A DNA stretch of 61,318 nt from a virus. Taxonomy: Duplodnaviria; Caudoviricetes. The stretch lies in IMG/VR virus record IMGVR_UViG_3300047510_001990, positions 1 to 61,318 of that record; one strand, written 5' to 3'. The position numbers and the translations under genes were made by a program. Shown piece by piece: positions 1-9,343 of the stretch. The notes under the pieces were generated by a model. The model searched no databases. It saw nothing but the letters and a program-made list of their open reading frames with translations, and had not been told where the DNA came from. Numbering within the stretch: the first letter of the stretch is position 1; each line of letters opens with the position of its first letter.

Positions 1-23
1 GGTTCAGTGGGTGCGGGCTGTTC
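1..23 (+). repeat. 23-bp terminal overlap, identical to 61296-61318 (circularity/assembly overlap)
   Basis: GGTTCAGTGGGTGCGGGCTGTTC at both ends. Confidence 0.97.
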
Positions 24-1745
24 CGGGGTTGTGGGCGCGGCGGGTGGGGCTTCCGCCGACTCAATGCGACCATCCGGGGTGACAACCGGCGCCGGCTTCT
101 TCTGTTCCGGTGCATTGCGCCCGAGCGCCGCCATCGCGCCGCCTTGCAAGCCGCCCGTGGCAAGGCCACCAAGCGCACGATTGAGCGCGTCGTCGGTCGT
201 GCCAATGGCCGGGTTGGCATTTTGCAATGCCATGTTTTCCGCGACGGCTGATCCGAACTCCTGCGGGAATTCTTCGAGCACGCCTTCGGCCACAACACCG
301 CGACCCACGCGGCCCAAAAGGCTTTTCCCGACCCCTTCGGTCAAAGCGCGCGCGAGTACGCGATCTCCGAAACCGCCGAACGCGCCGGTAACGAGGCCGG
401 AGGTGATGAAAGCCTGGGTGGCGCTGTCGTTGGCAATCTGCCGCTTGGCATCCTCAAAGCTCATGCCTTGGGAAATGAGCGCCGCCATGGCGTCCGACCC
501 CTGCAACTGCTGGGGCGTCATGGCCATGATCTTGTCGCGCACTTCGATGCTGGATGCGGCGCCTGCCAACGCGCCTTCCGAGGCGCCGCCCGCGATAGCT
601 GCGGCGCGTGCCGCCGCCTTTGCCGCTGCTTCCGGGGCCACGCCGGCCGCAATCTTGGAGGCGTAGATGCCCTTTGCCAGCCGCATGGCCGGGAACATTG
701 TCACCACCTGCTCGGGCAACGATTGCAGCACGCCACTGGCGTAGGCGCGCGGGTCTTTCCACGCATCGCCAAAAGTGCCGGCTTCCGAGTCCCACCACTT
801 CTTTTGCTGGGCCGCCTGCATTTCAGGCGACAGCGCGGCCTGCCCTTGCTGGATGTTGCTCTTGAGGATTTCTTCGCTGCTTCTGCCGGTCAGGTACTTG
901 TCGGCGGCATCAACCCCGCGCACGATGGATTCGCCCACCACCGGAATGCGACCGACTAGCTCGCGCACGTTCTGCGTCATGGAATTGACGCCGATGCCCA
1001 GCAGATTGCCGGCATCGCTCAACATGCCGGCATTCTCGTTTGCGGCGGCGGGGTCTTTCTGCGCGAGGAATTGCGCGCGAATGGCGTCGCGCTGGCCGCC
1101 CGCGTGCGGGGCAATCCAGTAATCGAAGTAGGCGGCTTTGGTTTCGGCCCGCTCGGCCGGGGTCAGGGTGCGCCAATCCGGTTTGGCAACAATGTCGGCC
1201 CAATTCGGCGCCTTATCGAGATCGGGGAGGTTGGTTTGCGAGGGCTGTTGCACGCCGGCGCGCTTGAGCACGTCCGAGACATACCCGCTGACCGACTTGC
1301 CGTTGCCGTCTGCGCGGTCGTTTTTCCACGCGCTGCCCTGCCCCGGATTGACGTTGCCTTCACCGGAGAAGTAGCCGGTAGCGATCTTGGCCGGGTCATT
1401 GCCGAACTTGTTGGCCAAGTCTTTGATGATCCGCACCCCGACGCGCATGTTGTCGTCAGGGTTGTCGATACGCTCACCCGGCTTGGCGTACCGCTGGAAG
1501 GTGGCGGGGATAATTTGCATCCCGCCTTGCGCGCCGTCGATGGATGTGCGCGCGTTCGCGCCGCTGCCGGACTCTTGGCCGTAGATGGCGGAGATAACCG
1601 GCTTTAGGTGGTCGGCGCCTTCCTGCGCGACGATGGATTCAAACGCCTGGGCATCAACGGCTCGGGACTTCGCCCTTCCCCCTTCCGCCTGCTGCTGTTC
1701 ATTTGCACGAAAAAGGGAGTCAAGCCCGAGCTTATTGTTGTCCAT
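1..1745 (-). CDS. N-terminal part (lytic transglycosylase domain) of the giant DarB-like virion protein; continues across the junction into 61295..49754
   Basis: ATG at 1745 (MDNNKLGLDSLF...); no in-frame stop to the contig edge; SLT motifs IYGQESG and GAQGGMQIIPATF; in frame with 49754..61225. Confidence 0.9.
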   Translation of the reverse strand, partial: MDNNKLGLDSLFRANEQQQAEGGRAKSRAVDAQAFESIVAQEGADHLKPVISAIYGQESGSGANARTSIDGAQGGMQIIPATFQRYAKPGERIDNPDDNMRVGVRIIKDLANKFGNDPAKIATGYFSGEGNVNPGQGSAWKNDRADGNGKSVSGYVSDVLKRAGVQQPSQTNLPDLDKAPNWADIVAKPDWRTLTPAERAETKAAYFDYWIAPHAGGQRDAIRAQFLAQKDPAAANENAGMLSDAGNLLGIGVNSMTQNVRELVGRIPVVGESIVRGVDAADKYLTGRSSEEILKSNIQQGQAALSPEMQAAQQKKWWDSEAGTFGDAWKDPRAYASGVLQSLPEQVVTMFPAMRLAKGIYASKIAAGVAPEAAAKAAARAAAIAGGASEGALAGAASSIEVRDKIMAMTPQQLQGSDAMAALISQGMSFEDAKRQIANDSATQAFITSGLVTGAFGGFGDRVLARALTEGVGKSLLGRVGRGVVAEGVLEEFPQEFGSAVAENMALQNANPAIGTTDDALNRALGGLATGGLQGGAMAALGRNAPEQKKPAPVVTPDGRIESAEAPPAAPTTPEQPAPTE

Positions 1746-1785
1746 GAAGCGCCTTTATCAAGGGAAGCCGTAAGAGGATTCCCCG

Positions 1786-1812
1786 AGTTTAGGCGCTGTG
1801 CAGGTATTCGAC
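1786..1812 (-). promoter_or_regulatory. Putative late promoter GTCGAAT-N14-TAAACT upstream of the giant gene
   Basis: One of six identically spaced motifs, all upstream of late genes. Confidence 0.7.
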
Positions 1813-1814
1813 TG

Positions 1815-3209
1815 TTAGCCTTTTTGTTGCAGATATTGCTGTTTGATCTGGTTGATTTGATCGCTTATGGCGTTCGCCTGCGCTGGTTTGCCAGAGCGAA
1901 TGAATTGCTGTTGCTGGCGCCGGAGTTCGGCCACGCGAGGATCTTGGTTGAATTCAGCCAGTCGTGCTACTTGCTGTCGATAAAACTCGCCTGGGTCGTT
2001 GGGGTTTGTAGGCCGAGTTGGCGCCTGCGAGAGCGCGGGCGATGCAGCGGGGGCCGGGGCCGGTGCCGGAGTCTGCGAGATGGTCGGCGCAGGAGATGGC
2101 GCCGGTGCGCTCGGCTGCCCGAGGCCAATGCGTTGGGCAATCCTGGGGTCGAGTGGAGCATTGCCGGCAGGCATAGGCGCGCTTTGTTGCGCCGTGCCAC
2201 GCGCGCCGAAGATTTCATCGACCTCTTTGCGCACTTCCTGACGAATCTTTTGCTTGGCGGCTTCGTCGGCGTTCGGGTTGAGCGCAATGCGGTCTTTGTA
2301 AAGCTGGAACTCCGCATTGGCCGGCGACATATCCTTGAGGCGGCTGGCGCGGCGCATGGCCTCGTCCTCGGGCACGCCCTTGCTGATGTAATAGTCGGCA
2401 AGGCGCACTTCAGCGGGCCGGCTGTCTTTCGTCGGGTTCTGGCGCGAGGCCGCGCGCGCCACGCGCACATCGCCCGTTGCCTCGTTGCCCACCAGCACTT
2501 CGCCGGTGTCTTTATCGTGCATGAAATTGAGCTTGGGATTGCCTTTGACGCGGGTGAGCGCGTCCTGAATCGTTTGTTGCGTCATAAAGATGGTCGAGCC
2601 GTCAGACAGGGCGAACTCGTATCCCTTGCCAGAATACTGCTTGTCCGAACCATCCTTGACCGCGACCCCTTGCACCTGCTTGCCGTTCAGGCCGGGGAGC
2701 ACATTGGTTTTCTGCGCGATGCTGTTGGCAAAATTAAGCAACCCTCGCTCGTCGTTGGCGTTGATGTATTTCGCCAGCCGGCCCATCACCGCATCCACCT
2801 GTTCCTCGCGGGAAATGATGTTTTTGGCGGCGAGATCGTCAAGGGTGTTCGCTACATTGTCGGCCTCGTACTGCGCTTTAGCGGCGCCCACCTTGGCATT
2901 GTTGAGCGACGTTTGGCTTTCCAGTGGAATGACAGCCGACTTGCCGCGCGCCGTGGTGCCCCGATTTTCGGCCTCAATCCTGGCGGTGTCGGCGTTGGTA
3001 TCCACCAACCCAAGGTCGGCGGTTTTTTGCTTGGCGCGGAGCCGGTATTCGGCCTGATCCGCCGCTTGTCTGTCAGCCAGCAAAGCCAGTTCCGATTGCG
3101 CCTTTTGTTCTTCCCAATCAAACCGCTTAGCGGTGCGGTCGCGCACTTCCCGCTCATCGCCGGCCTTGTAGTAGGAATCCACTGCGTTCAATGCGTACCC
3201 GAGATTCAT
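1815..3209 (-). CDS. Putative internal virion (DNA ejection) protein, 464 aa
   Basis: Ala/Gln-rich helical protein between a pilot-like gene and the giant virion gene; positional inference. Confidence 0.6.
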   Translation of the reverse strand: MNLGYALNAVDSYYKAGDEREVRDRTAKRFDWEEQKAQSELALLADRQAADQAEYRLRAKQKTADLGLVDTNADTARIEAENRGTTARGKSAVIPLESQTSLNNAKVGAAKAQYEADNVANTLDDLAAKNIISREEQVDAVMGRLAKYINANDERGLLNFANSIAQKTNVLPGLNGKQVQGVAVKDGSDKQYSGKGYEFALSDGSTIFMTQQTIQDALTRVKGNPKLNFMHDKDTGEVLVGNEATGDVRVARAASRQNPTKDSRPAEVRLADYYISKGVPEDEAMRRASRLKDMSPANAEFQLYKDRIALNPNADEAAKQKIRQEVRKEVDEIFGARGTAQQSAPMPAGNAPLDPRIAQRIGLGQPSAPAPSPAPTISQTPAPAPAPAASPALSQAPTRPTNPNDPGEFYRQQVARLAEFNQDPRVAELRRQQQQFIRSGKPAQANAISDQINQIKQQYLQQKG

Positions 3210-3221
3210 TGCCGCTATCTC

Positions 3222-3947
3222 CTACAAGCCCATTGCGTCGTAATTAGAAAACCCGCCCATATCCATCGCGCCGTAGTCCTGAACCACGGGCGCTTGTGAG
3301 TTGCCGAACCCAAGCCAGTTGCCTGCGGCATTGATATTTTTGGGGGTAAAAATGCGCTCGGCCACCCGACCGGCGCTTGCGGCCTGATCCATACCAAGGC
3401 GCATTTGGTCGTTTGCGATTGCGCGGTTCGTAGCGGCTGCGCTGGCCAGCCCCGTCGAGGCGTTGGCCGGCAATCCTTTGCCCAAGCTCAACGCATCTAG
3501 ACGGCGGGCATAGGCGGTGTCACGCACCTTGTTGCGGGCCGCGTTTTGCTGGGTTACGTCCGTGGCCGCCTGAGACAATTCAAGGCCGGTCATGCCGGCT
3601 TGAAACGCGCCGGATGACGGGTCGAGGCCGGGAGTGCGGGCCAAGCGTTCGCGCGCCTTGCCAAACTGGCTGGCGACGGTGGCGGAGGCATCCCCCGCTT
3701 CGCGCGCATACTGCTCGGGCGTGTCGTACTGCTGCGACTCCTTGACGATCTGGCGTTCCAGCGGGTCGTAGATTTCGTTGTACTTGTCCCACTGCTCGGC
3801 GGCGATCTGCGCCTGCAAGCCCGTGGCATCGGCCGAGGCTTGAGAAGCCCGCGCCGCTGCTTTGTTTGCAGATCTAGAACTTGCCGCGCCGATAGCGGCG
3901 GCACCCAGGGTGCCTGCCATAATTGCGGTTCCGGTTGCTACTGCCAT
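3222..3947 (-). CDS. Putative DNA ejection/pilot protein, 241 aa
   Basis: Gly/Ala-rich hydrophobic N-terminus (GTLGAAAIGAASS) then Gln/Ala helix, typical of podovirus ejection proteins. Confidence 0.65.
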   Translation of the reverse strand: MAVATGTAIMAGTLGAAAIGAASSRSANKAAARASQASADATGLQAQIAAEQWDKYNEIYDPLERQIVKESQQYDTPEQYAREAGDASATVASQFGKARERLARTPGLDPSSGAFQAGMTGLELSQAATDVTQQNAARNKVRDTAYARRLDALSLGKGLPANASTGLASAAATNRAIANDQMRLGMDQAASAGRVAERIFTPKNINAAGNWLGFGNSQAPVVQDYGAMDMGGFSNYDAMGL

Positions 3948-3950
3948 TTT

Positions 3951-4412
3951 TTACCCCTCCAGCGTCTTGGAGTAATTCACATCCAGCGGGGAATATCCGC
4001 GTCGCTGGTACAACTTTGCCAATTTCTCGGGGGCCAGTACCGACGTGCTGGCCATGATTACCGTCCTTGCCCCATTCGCCTGCGCGAACGACTCAAAGGC
4101 GTCCAACAGTTTCAGGCCCAGCCCGGTGCCGCGTGCCTCCGGGTCGCACCACCAGAAAAACTCCTGCGCCACGATGTGCTTGGCGTCGAGCCAGTGGGGA
4201 AACATCACCCCGCCAATCACACCCAGCACTTTGCCGTCGATCTCGCCCACCAATAGGCACCCGCTTTCCGACAGCGCCAAGCCCTTCAGGGTTGCCGCGA
4301 GCGAGGCCGGGCACAGCGCGACATGCTGGCCCGTCTGCGACGCACTGTGAAATGACTCGCCAATGCGCATCATGGCGGGCACGTCACTAGGTACGGCTTC
4401 TCTGATTATCAT
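3951..4412 (-). CDS. GNAT-family acetyltransferase
   Basis: Acetyl-CoA motif DPEARGTGLG, LYQRRGY; start placed at MIIREA (4412). Confidence 0.85.
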   Translation of the reverse strand: MIIREAVPSDVPAMMRIGESFHSASQTGQHVALCPASLAATLKGLALSESGCLLVGEIDGKVLGVIGGVMFPHWLDAKHIVAQEFFWWCDPEARGTGLGLKLLDAFESFAQANGARTVIMASTSVLAPEKLAKLYQRRGYSPLDVNYSKTLEG

Positions 4413-4418
4413 TGCCTG

Positions 4419-4445
4419 ATTGTGCCTCGCCTCGCTCAATTTGAC
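4419..4445 (-). promoter_or_regulatory. Putative late promoter GTCAAAT-N14-CACAAT
   Basis: Same motif and spacing; -10 lies 6 nt before the GNAT ATG. Confidence 0.6.
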
Positions 4446-4765
4446 GGTTTCGGAAAGCGGTCTTTGACGGCTTTGATTTTAGAATAGAACGGCTCCGCCT
4501 TGGGCATGGTGCCGTTGTTCATGGCGTGCCACAGGGCGTCGAGCTGGTCAGGGATCGACGGGTAGTTGCGACGGCGATGGTCTTGCACCGTCAGTTCGGT
4601 TTCGTATGAGACAAGGTTGTTGTTGCTGTCCAGGGCAAGAAATTTGGTATTCACCCACTCGTTCATTTCTCGAATGAGCTGGAATCCGCTGGCTTCCGCA
4701 TGAACTATTTTGTAATTAAGAAGTTCAGGCCGGCCTGAGGGTGACTTGTAAAGGTAGTACGTCAT
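4436..4765 (-). CDS. Tail fibre-associated/assembly protein, 109 aa
   Basis: YPSIPDQLDALWH...IKAVKDRFPKP motif typical of small genes following fibre genes. Confidence 0.6.
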   Translation of the reverse strand: MTYYLYKSPSGRPELLNYKIVHAEASGFQLIREMNEWVNTKFLALDSNNNLVSYETELTVQDHRRRNYPSIPDQLDALWHAMNNGTMPKAEPFYSKIKAVKDRFPKPSN

Positions 4766-6684
4766 AAGTTGGTCACTCTGACATTCACATTTACGTCGTA
4801 CAGGTTGAGCTTGTTCCTATCGGAAAAACTGTATCCAATATCTACGGGAGCCACTGTAAATTGAATGGCCTGATTTGGCGCAAGGCTTTTTGTAAGCGTA
4901 ACCACTAGTGCGGCTGACCCGTAGCTGCTTTGCGGCTCTGTGACCTTTGTCAAGAATGTCCATGGCCCCCAGACTCCAGTATTGATGTTCATGATCCGAT
5001 ACCAGAGAGAAAGGTAGTGGTCAGCTACGCAGGCGACTGAGCAGACAAATTCGACAGGGTACTGACTTGAATCTCGAATGCGCTGCGCATACGGGCAGAA
5101 CGTATGTCCTTCCGGCCCGTAAAAAATCAAATTCATGGAAATTGGCCCGACCAGCGCCGAATTGTTGTATGTGTAGGTTGTGTAGCTTCCAAAGATGTTG
5201 TCACCATCAACCGTTCCAATGACGCCGTACTCGGTTCTTTCGGTGGAATACCCAGGATTGTTTGTCGGGTAGTAAGCCGCAGTTTCGTATGATCCATTCG
5301 CCACAACCGCAATCGGTTCGTTGCTGATGGCATCAATGTACTGGCTGCCGGTGTAAATCTTCCCCGCTCTGAAGTACCCCGCTTCAATGTAGGCGCCGTA
5401 CAGGTCTTTAATTACCGCATTGTCGATATAGACCCCAGGCTGCACCACTACGCCATCGGGCCGGAGGGTGGGTTGTGTCGTGACAATAAACGGCACCTTG
5501 GGGGCAACGCCGGGGCCGGCGGGGCTGGCAATGGCGAAGCGGTCGGCGCGTACCAAGAACTCCGAGAACGGCGTCGAGTTGTTGGACGTGCTGATGAGGC
5601 CGAACCCGGTTACATAACCGTTGTTGTCGATCTTGACTGAATACTTGCCGTAAATATCGTTGTCGGCGTTGGCCCGGACTGTCGCCTCGGTTTGCAAAGC
5701 AATCGTGTTATCGCCAACTGTGGTTTGCAACGTGGTGAGCGATCTGGTCAAAGCTGCCACATTGTTGGCAGTGGTTGTCTGCTGAGTTTGCAACCCGGCG
5801 AGATTGCCATTGACGGCGGCAATTTGTGTGTTGAGGGTGGTAGTGATTGCGTTGTCAGCGTTGGCTCGCGTAGTGGCCTCGCTGGTAATTGCGCTTTCGG
5901 TATTCGATACGCGGGTGGTCAGGCTGGTAAGCGACGTGGCCTGCTGAGCCGTGGTGGTGTTGAGTGTGCTGATGTTGGATTCTGCCGAACCCATGCGAGT
6001 GGTCAGGCTGGTCAGCGATTGCGCCTGATTAAACGTCGTTTGACGCAATTCACTGATGCTGGATTCGGACACCCCCACTCGGCTGGTGAGGTTGGTCAGT
6101 GCCGTGGCCTGCTGCGCAGTGGTGCTTTGCAGGTTGATGATCGTGGATTCCGCGCCCGATACGCGCGTAGTCAGACCGCTAATCTGCGTGGCCTGGGTGG
6201 TGGTGGTGGTTTGCAGCGTGGCAATCTGCGACCCCTGCACCGTATCGAACCCGAGCCGGGTGGCTGCTTCGGCTGCAAGGTCGTCGGCTACTTCCTGCAC
6301 GGCGGCGATCCGCGCGTTTTGCTCATCAACGATGGCGGCATCAATCAGGTCAATGCGCTCGCCCAGCTCCTTGAAAAGCTGCGACTCGATGATCTGCGCC
6401 TGAAGGTCGTTGATGATGCGAGAGATTTCCCCCGGTGTCAGGCCGCTGGCAGGAGGACTACCCGCAAACCGATTGAAAGACTGCTGCAAACCTCCTACGG
6501 CACCGGCCAGCGTATCTACTTCGCTCTTGGTGACAAAGGCCATATCGCCCCTGCCGCTGCTCCCGTTGCGCACGTTCCAGCCATCCACAATGGCGCGCAA
6601 GACCATGCGGGCATTCTGATCCTGAACGGCATCAAGTGCCGCGAGGGGAACGCCGGGGACGCCTCGTTTAGTCTCGATTGCCAT
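4762..6684 (-). CDS. Tail fibre/tip protein with coiled coil and DUF1983-like domain, 640 aa
   Basis: Four 28-aa heptad repeats, then YSVKIDNNGYVTGFGL...FLVRADRFAI. Confidence 0.75.
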   Translation of the reverse strand: MAIETKRGVPGVPLAALDAVQDQNARMVLRAIVDGWNVRNGSSGRGDMAFVTKSEVDTLAGAVGGLQQSFNRFAGSPPASGLTPGEISRIINDLQAQIIESQLFKELGERIDLIDAAIVDEQNARIAAVQEVADDLAAEAATRLGFDTVQGSQIATLQTTTTTQATQISGLTTRVSGAESTIINLQSTTAQQATALTNLTSRVGVSESSISELRQTTFNQAQSLTSLTTRMGSAESNISTLNTTTAQQATSLTSLTTRVSNTESAITSEATTRANADNAITTTLNTQIAAVNGNLAGLQTQQTTTANNVAALTRSLTTLQTTVGDNTIALQTEATVRANADNDIYGKYSVKIDNNGYVTGFGLISTSNNSTPFSEFLVRADRFAIASPAGPGVAPKVPFIVTTQPTLRPDGVVVQPGVYIDNAVIKDLYGAYIEAGYFRAGKIYTGSQYIDAISNEPIAVVANGSYETAAYYPTNNPGYSTERTEYGVIGTVDGDNIFGSYTTYTYNNSALVGPISMNLIFYGPEGHTFCPYAQRIRDSSQYPVEFVCSVACVADHYLSLWYRIMNINTGVWGPWTFLTKVTEPQSSYGSAALVVTLTKSLAPNQAIQFTVAPVDIGYSFSDRNKLNLYDVNVNVRVTNL

Positions 6685-6685
6685 A

Positions 6686-8689
6686 TCAGGCCGCGATCAA
6701 ATCGCGGGCGCTTTCTCCGACCCGCAATTCCCTGAAACGCCCGGCGCCGATGATCTTTACCATCCACCGATCCGACTTGAACCCGCTCGGCAAACGGAAG
6801 TTGGTCGTTCCAGCCGCCAGCACTTGCGTATGTTTGAGCGCGCCATCTGCATACACTTCCAGCGTCCAGTTGCCCGTAGTCACTGCCTGAGCAAACCCAA
6901 AATTCAGAGGGCGCTGCAACACGACTTCCCGCGATTGCCACGTCGCCGTTTGGTCGGCGCCGCCGTTGAACTGGTACAGAAACAAGCCGTTGGCGTAGTA
7001 AAACTGATCTGCCAACGGACTATTAAACCCGCACGTCGCGGTAAATCCGTACAGGTCGGTCATGGTGCCGTCTGCTTCATCGACTCGAATCATGAACGGC
7101 GTAAATGACGCATTACCCGAATACACGACAAGCCGGCCGTCCCAGGCGGCAAAACGCATTCCCGACAAACCGTTTGCATAGCGTTGCCGCCACACTTCGC
7201 GGGTGAAGAACTTTTGGCTTTGCACAAGGCTGGCGGTGCCGCCCAAAAGCACTACCAAGCCGTCGTTGCTGGCATAAATCACCGCTCCATCGACCACGGC
7301 AATCGACCACTTGGAAACTCCGGCCTGATCGACGTTGAGCCGGGCCGTGGTCATGGAATCGGGCGACACGCCCGACACGAGATAAGGGTTCGTCACCGTG
7401 GTAATCACCGCTCCGGAGCCGTGGGCGATTCCGCCGACGATGGTATTGGGCAGCGGCTTGACGTAGGCCGGGGGCCACGCCCACGGCTTATAGGCTTCCG
7501 AGAAGTGCAGCTCGTTGCCTTTCCACGCGCACAAAATACCGTTCGGCAGCGCCATTAAGCCCACTAATGCCTGATCCGGAGGGTAGTAGTCGGTCGAGGA
7601 AAGCGGCTCGTTGATTTGCTCGCCTTTTACGTCGTCTTTAAATTCGAACGTCGTCCCATCTTCTGTAAGCACGGCAATTGAACCGACGTAAAAATAATCG
7701 GCAATGGTCGAGCCGGTAGGGGTGCGGTAGATGCGGATTTCTTTCAGCGGTGCATAGTTGCCGATCGCGTCTTTGGTGACGGTTACATTGACGGCAACCA
7801 CGGGCGAAGTTGTCACTACGACAGGCGCGCTTGGCGGGCCTTCTTCGTTGTAGGTATTGACGTAGGTATAGACGTAAGCGCGGGCTTCCTTGTCGGCCTC
7901 TTTGATGCCGGTGGCAAGAGTCACCGAGAAATAGTCCTCGCCTGGGTTCTGCGACATAGAGAGCGTGTAAATGCCGCCCGTGCTCTCAAATGACGAGTTG
8001 TTTGTGTAAATGTCGAAGATTTGCGAGTTGTCGGAAGCTCTGGTGGCCGTCATTCGCAAGACGGGAAAGGCTTGTTCTGGCGTCGTTCTGTCGGCATTTA
8101 GCAGTTCTTCTGTTGCTCGCCCAACAGGAGTTGAAGCCGTATTGGTCGGAGACAGCTTTGCCGGCGGAATGAACGTGTATTGGGCGCCGTCCTGAACCAC
8201 GGTTGGCGTTACGTCCTGCTCTTGGTACTTCACCCCGCCGTATTCGTAGTGAAACTTGAAAGCGAAAGCGGCGGTCGCGCTGGTGTATTGGGTGATATTG
8301 ATTGCCAAAGTGGGCGACACAGTGGGTCGCGGGACGCCCACCAAATACGCTGACGCAGGCGGGCCGCCGTTCAGATTGGCGCTGGTGCGAGTTGCCACCT
8401 TGAAGCCGCCGTCGCCCGTGTAATAGAGCCGGTTGAACGTGTCTTTGGTGATCGGAGATCGGACGGCATTCACATCGGTCGTCCAGGTGAAAAACGTCAG
8501 GCCGTCGTCGGTGTAGATCGAGGCCGGAGCATTCTGCATCTGGTTAAGCGCATACCCGCTTTTGGTGTTGCGAAGCTCGCCGTAGGCAAAGTCGCAGTTT
8601 TGGGCAATGGTGGCCGCGCCCTCGGGCAACAGCGATTCAGGGAAGCGCGGGCGAATCCCTGAAAAATTGTTGATTTTGAACGCGGCCAT
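6686..8689 (-). CDS. Tail nozzle/stabilisation (tubular B-like) protein, 667 aa
   Basis: Beta-rich; FSGIRPR N-terminus, YVYTYVNTYNEEGPPS, HFSEAYKPWAWP; position in tail module. Confidence 0.65.
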   Translation of the reverse strand: MAAFKINNFSGIRPRFPESLLPEGAATIAQNCDFAYGELRNTKSGYALNQMQNAPASIYTDDGLTFFTWTTDVNAVRSPITKDTFNRLYYTGDGGFKVATRTSANLNGGPPASAYLVGVPRPTVSPTLAINITQYTSATAAFAFKFHYEYGGVKYQEQDVTPTVVQDGAQYTFIPPAKLSPTNTASTPVGRATEELLNADRTTPEQAFPVLRMTATRASDNSQIFDIYTNNSSFESTGGIYTLSMSQNPGEDYFSVTLATGIKEADKEARAYVYTYVNTYNEEGPPSAPVVVTTSPVVAVNVTVTKDAIGNYAPLKEIRIYRTPTGSTIADYFYVGSIAVLTEDGTTFEFKDDVKGEQINEPLSSTDYYPPDQALVGLMALPNGILCAWKGNELHFSEAYKPWAWPPAYVKPLPNTIVGGIAHGSGAVITTVTNPYLVSGVSPDSMTTARLNVDQAGVSKWSIAVVDGAVIYASNDGLVVLLGGTASLVQSQKFFTREVWRQRYANGLSGMRFAAWDGRLVVYSGNASFTPFMIRVDEADGTMTDLYGFTATCGFNSPLADQFYYANGLFLYQFNGGADQTATWQSREVVLQRPLNFGFAQAVTTGNWTLEVYADGALKHTQVLAAGTTNFRLPSGFKSDRWMVKIIGAGRFRELRVGESARDLIAA

Positions 8690-8694
8690 GAGGA

Positions 8695-8898
8695 TTACTC
8701 ACCTTCCTTGGCAACCGTTTTGGCGCTCAATGGCCCGGTGGTTACGGTACGCAAGTACGCAACGATTGCCGCAATGATTGCGCCCACCAAACCTTGAGTC
8801 TCCGGTGACATTGGAATTTGCAGGATGAACCCTTGAGCCACCGACAACAAAGCCAGGATTGCGGAAAACCACATCGTCTTGGATTTGAACACAATCAA
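8695..8898 (-). CDS. Small two-TM holin-like membrane protein
   Basis: KSKTMWF followed by two hydrophobic helices and YLRTVT; start uncertain. Confidence 0.55.
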   Translation of the reverse strand: MIVFKSKTMWFSAILALLSVAQGFILQIPMSPETQGLVGAIIAAIVAYLRTVTTGPLSAKTVAKEGE

Positions 8899-8903
8899 CC
8901 TCT

Positions 8904-9137
8904 TTAGTGGATAAGGTTATCGATAACTGCTTTTAACTCATCAATGTCGTTTGCATTTTCAATAGCTTTTTGCAAATCTTTATACTTGTCTCTCACCGCT
9001 TGCCTTTGTAATTCCGCCGAGGCGGCTTCGCTTGGAATAGTGGCTTTCACGTCAAGCGGAGCAAATTCGGCTGCCCGCTTTTCACGGCGAATTTCATGCG
9101 AAATGTCACGGGCTTTTTGTAAATTAACCTTAATCAT
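8904..9137 (-). CDS. Tail fibre-associated small protein
   Basis: ATG overlaps upstream stop (ATGA); helical; follows fibre gene. Confidence 0.6.
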   Translation of the reverse strand: MIKVNLQKARDISHEIRREKRAAEFAPLDVKATIPSEAASAELQRQAVRDKYKDLQKAIENANDIDELKAVIDNLIH

Positions 9138-9322
9138 GGCAACTCCCACGCATCTCTAAATGTCCGATCGTTTGGAATATCCGCCACATCGACAATGGCG
9201 TACTGGACACCTTTTGGCACGTCTTTCTGAGCGATTTCTTCCAAAGACAGCCCGCAATCAGGAGCGGGGATTAAGACCGATACGCCGCCATTCTGGTTTT
9301 TATAAACAATCCGTTTTTCCAT
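9134..9322 (-). CDS. Tail fibre-associated small protein, 62 aa
   Basis: AGGAG SD; KDVPKG...DRTFRDAW motif. Confidence 0.7.
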   Translation of the reverse strand: MEKRIVYKNQNGGVSVLIPAPDCGLSLEEIAQKDVPKGVQYAIVDVADIPNDRTFRDAWELP

Positions 9323-9343
9323 GATGACTCCTTGTGTGTTTTG

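Noticed and set aside
1-23. Biological direct terminal repeat
   Set aside because: Short and in the middle of a gene; best explained as assembler circular overlap
1608-3299. Long plus-strand ORF (563 aa) and similar ones (5692..6735, 18060..19094, 50402..51943, 56624..57703)
   Set aside because: Antisense shadows of GC-rich genes; no motifs or SD recognised
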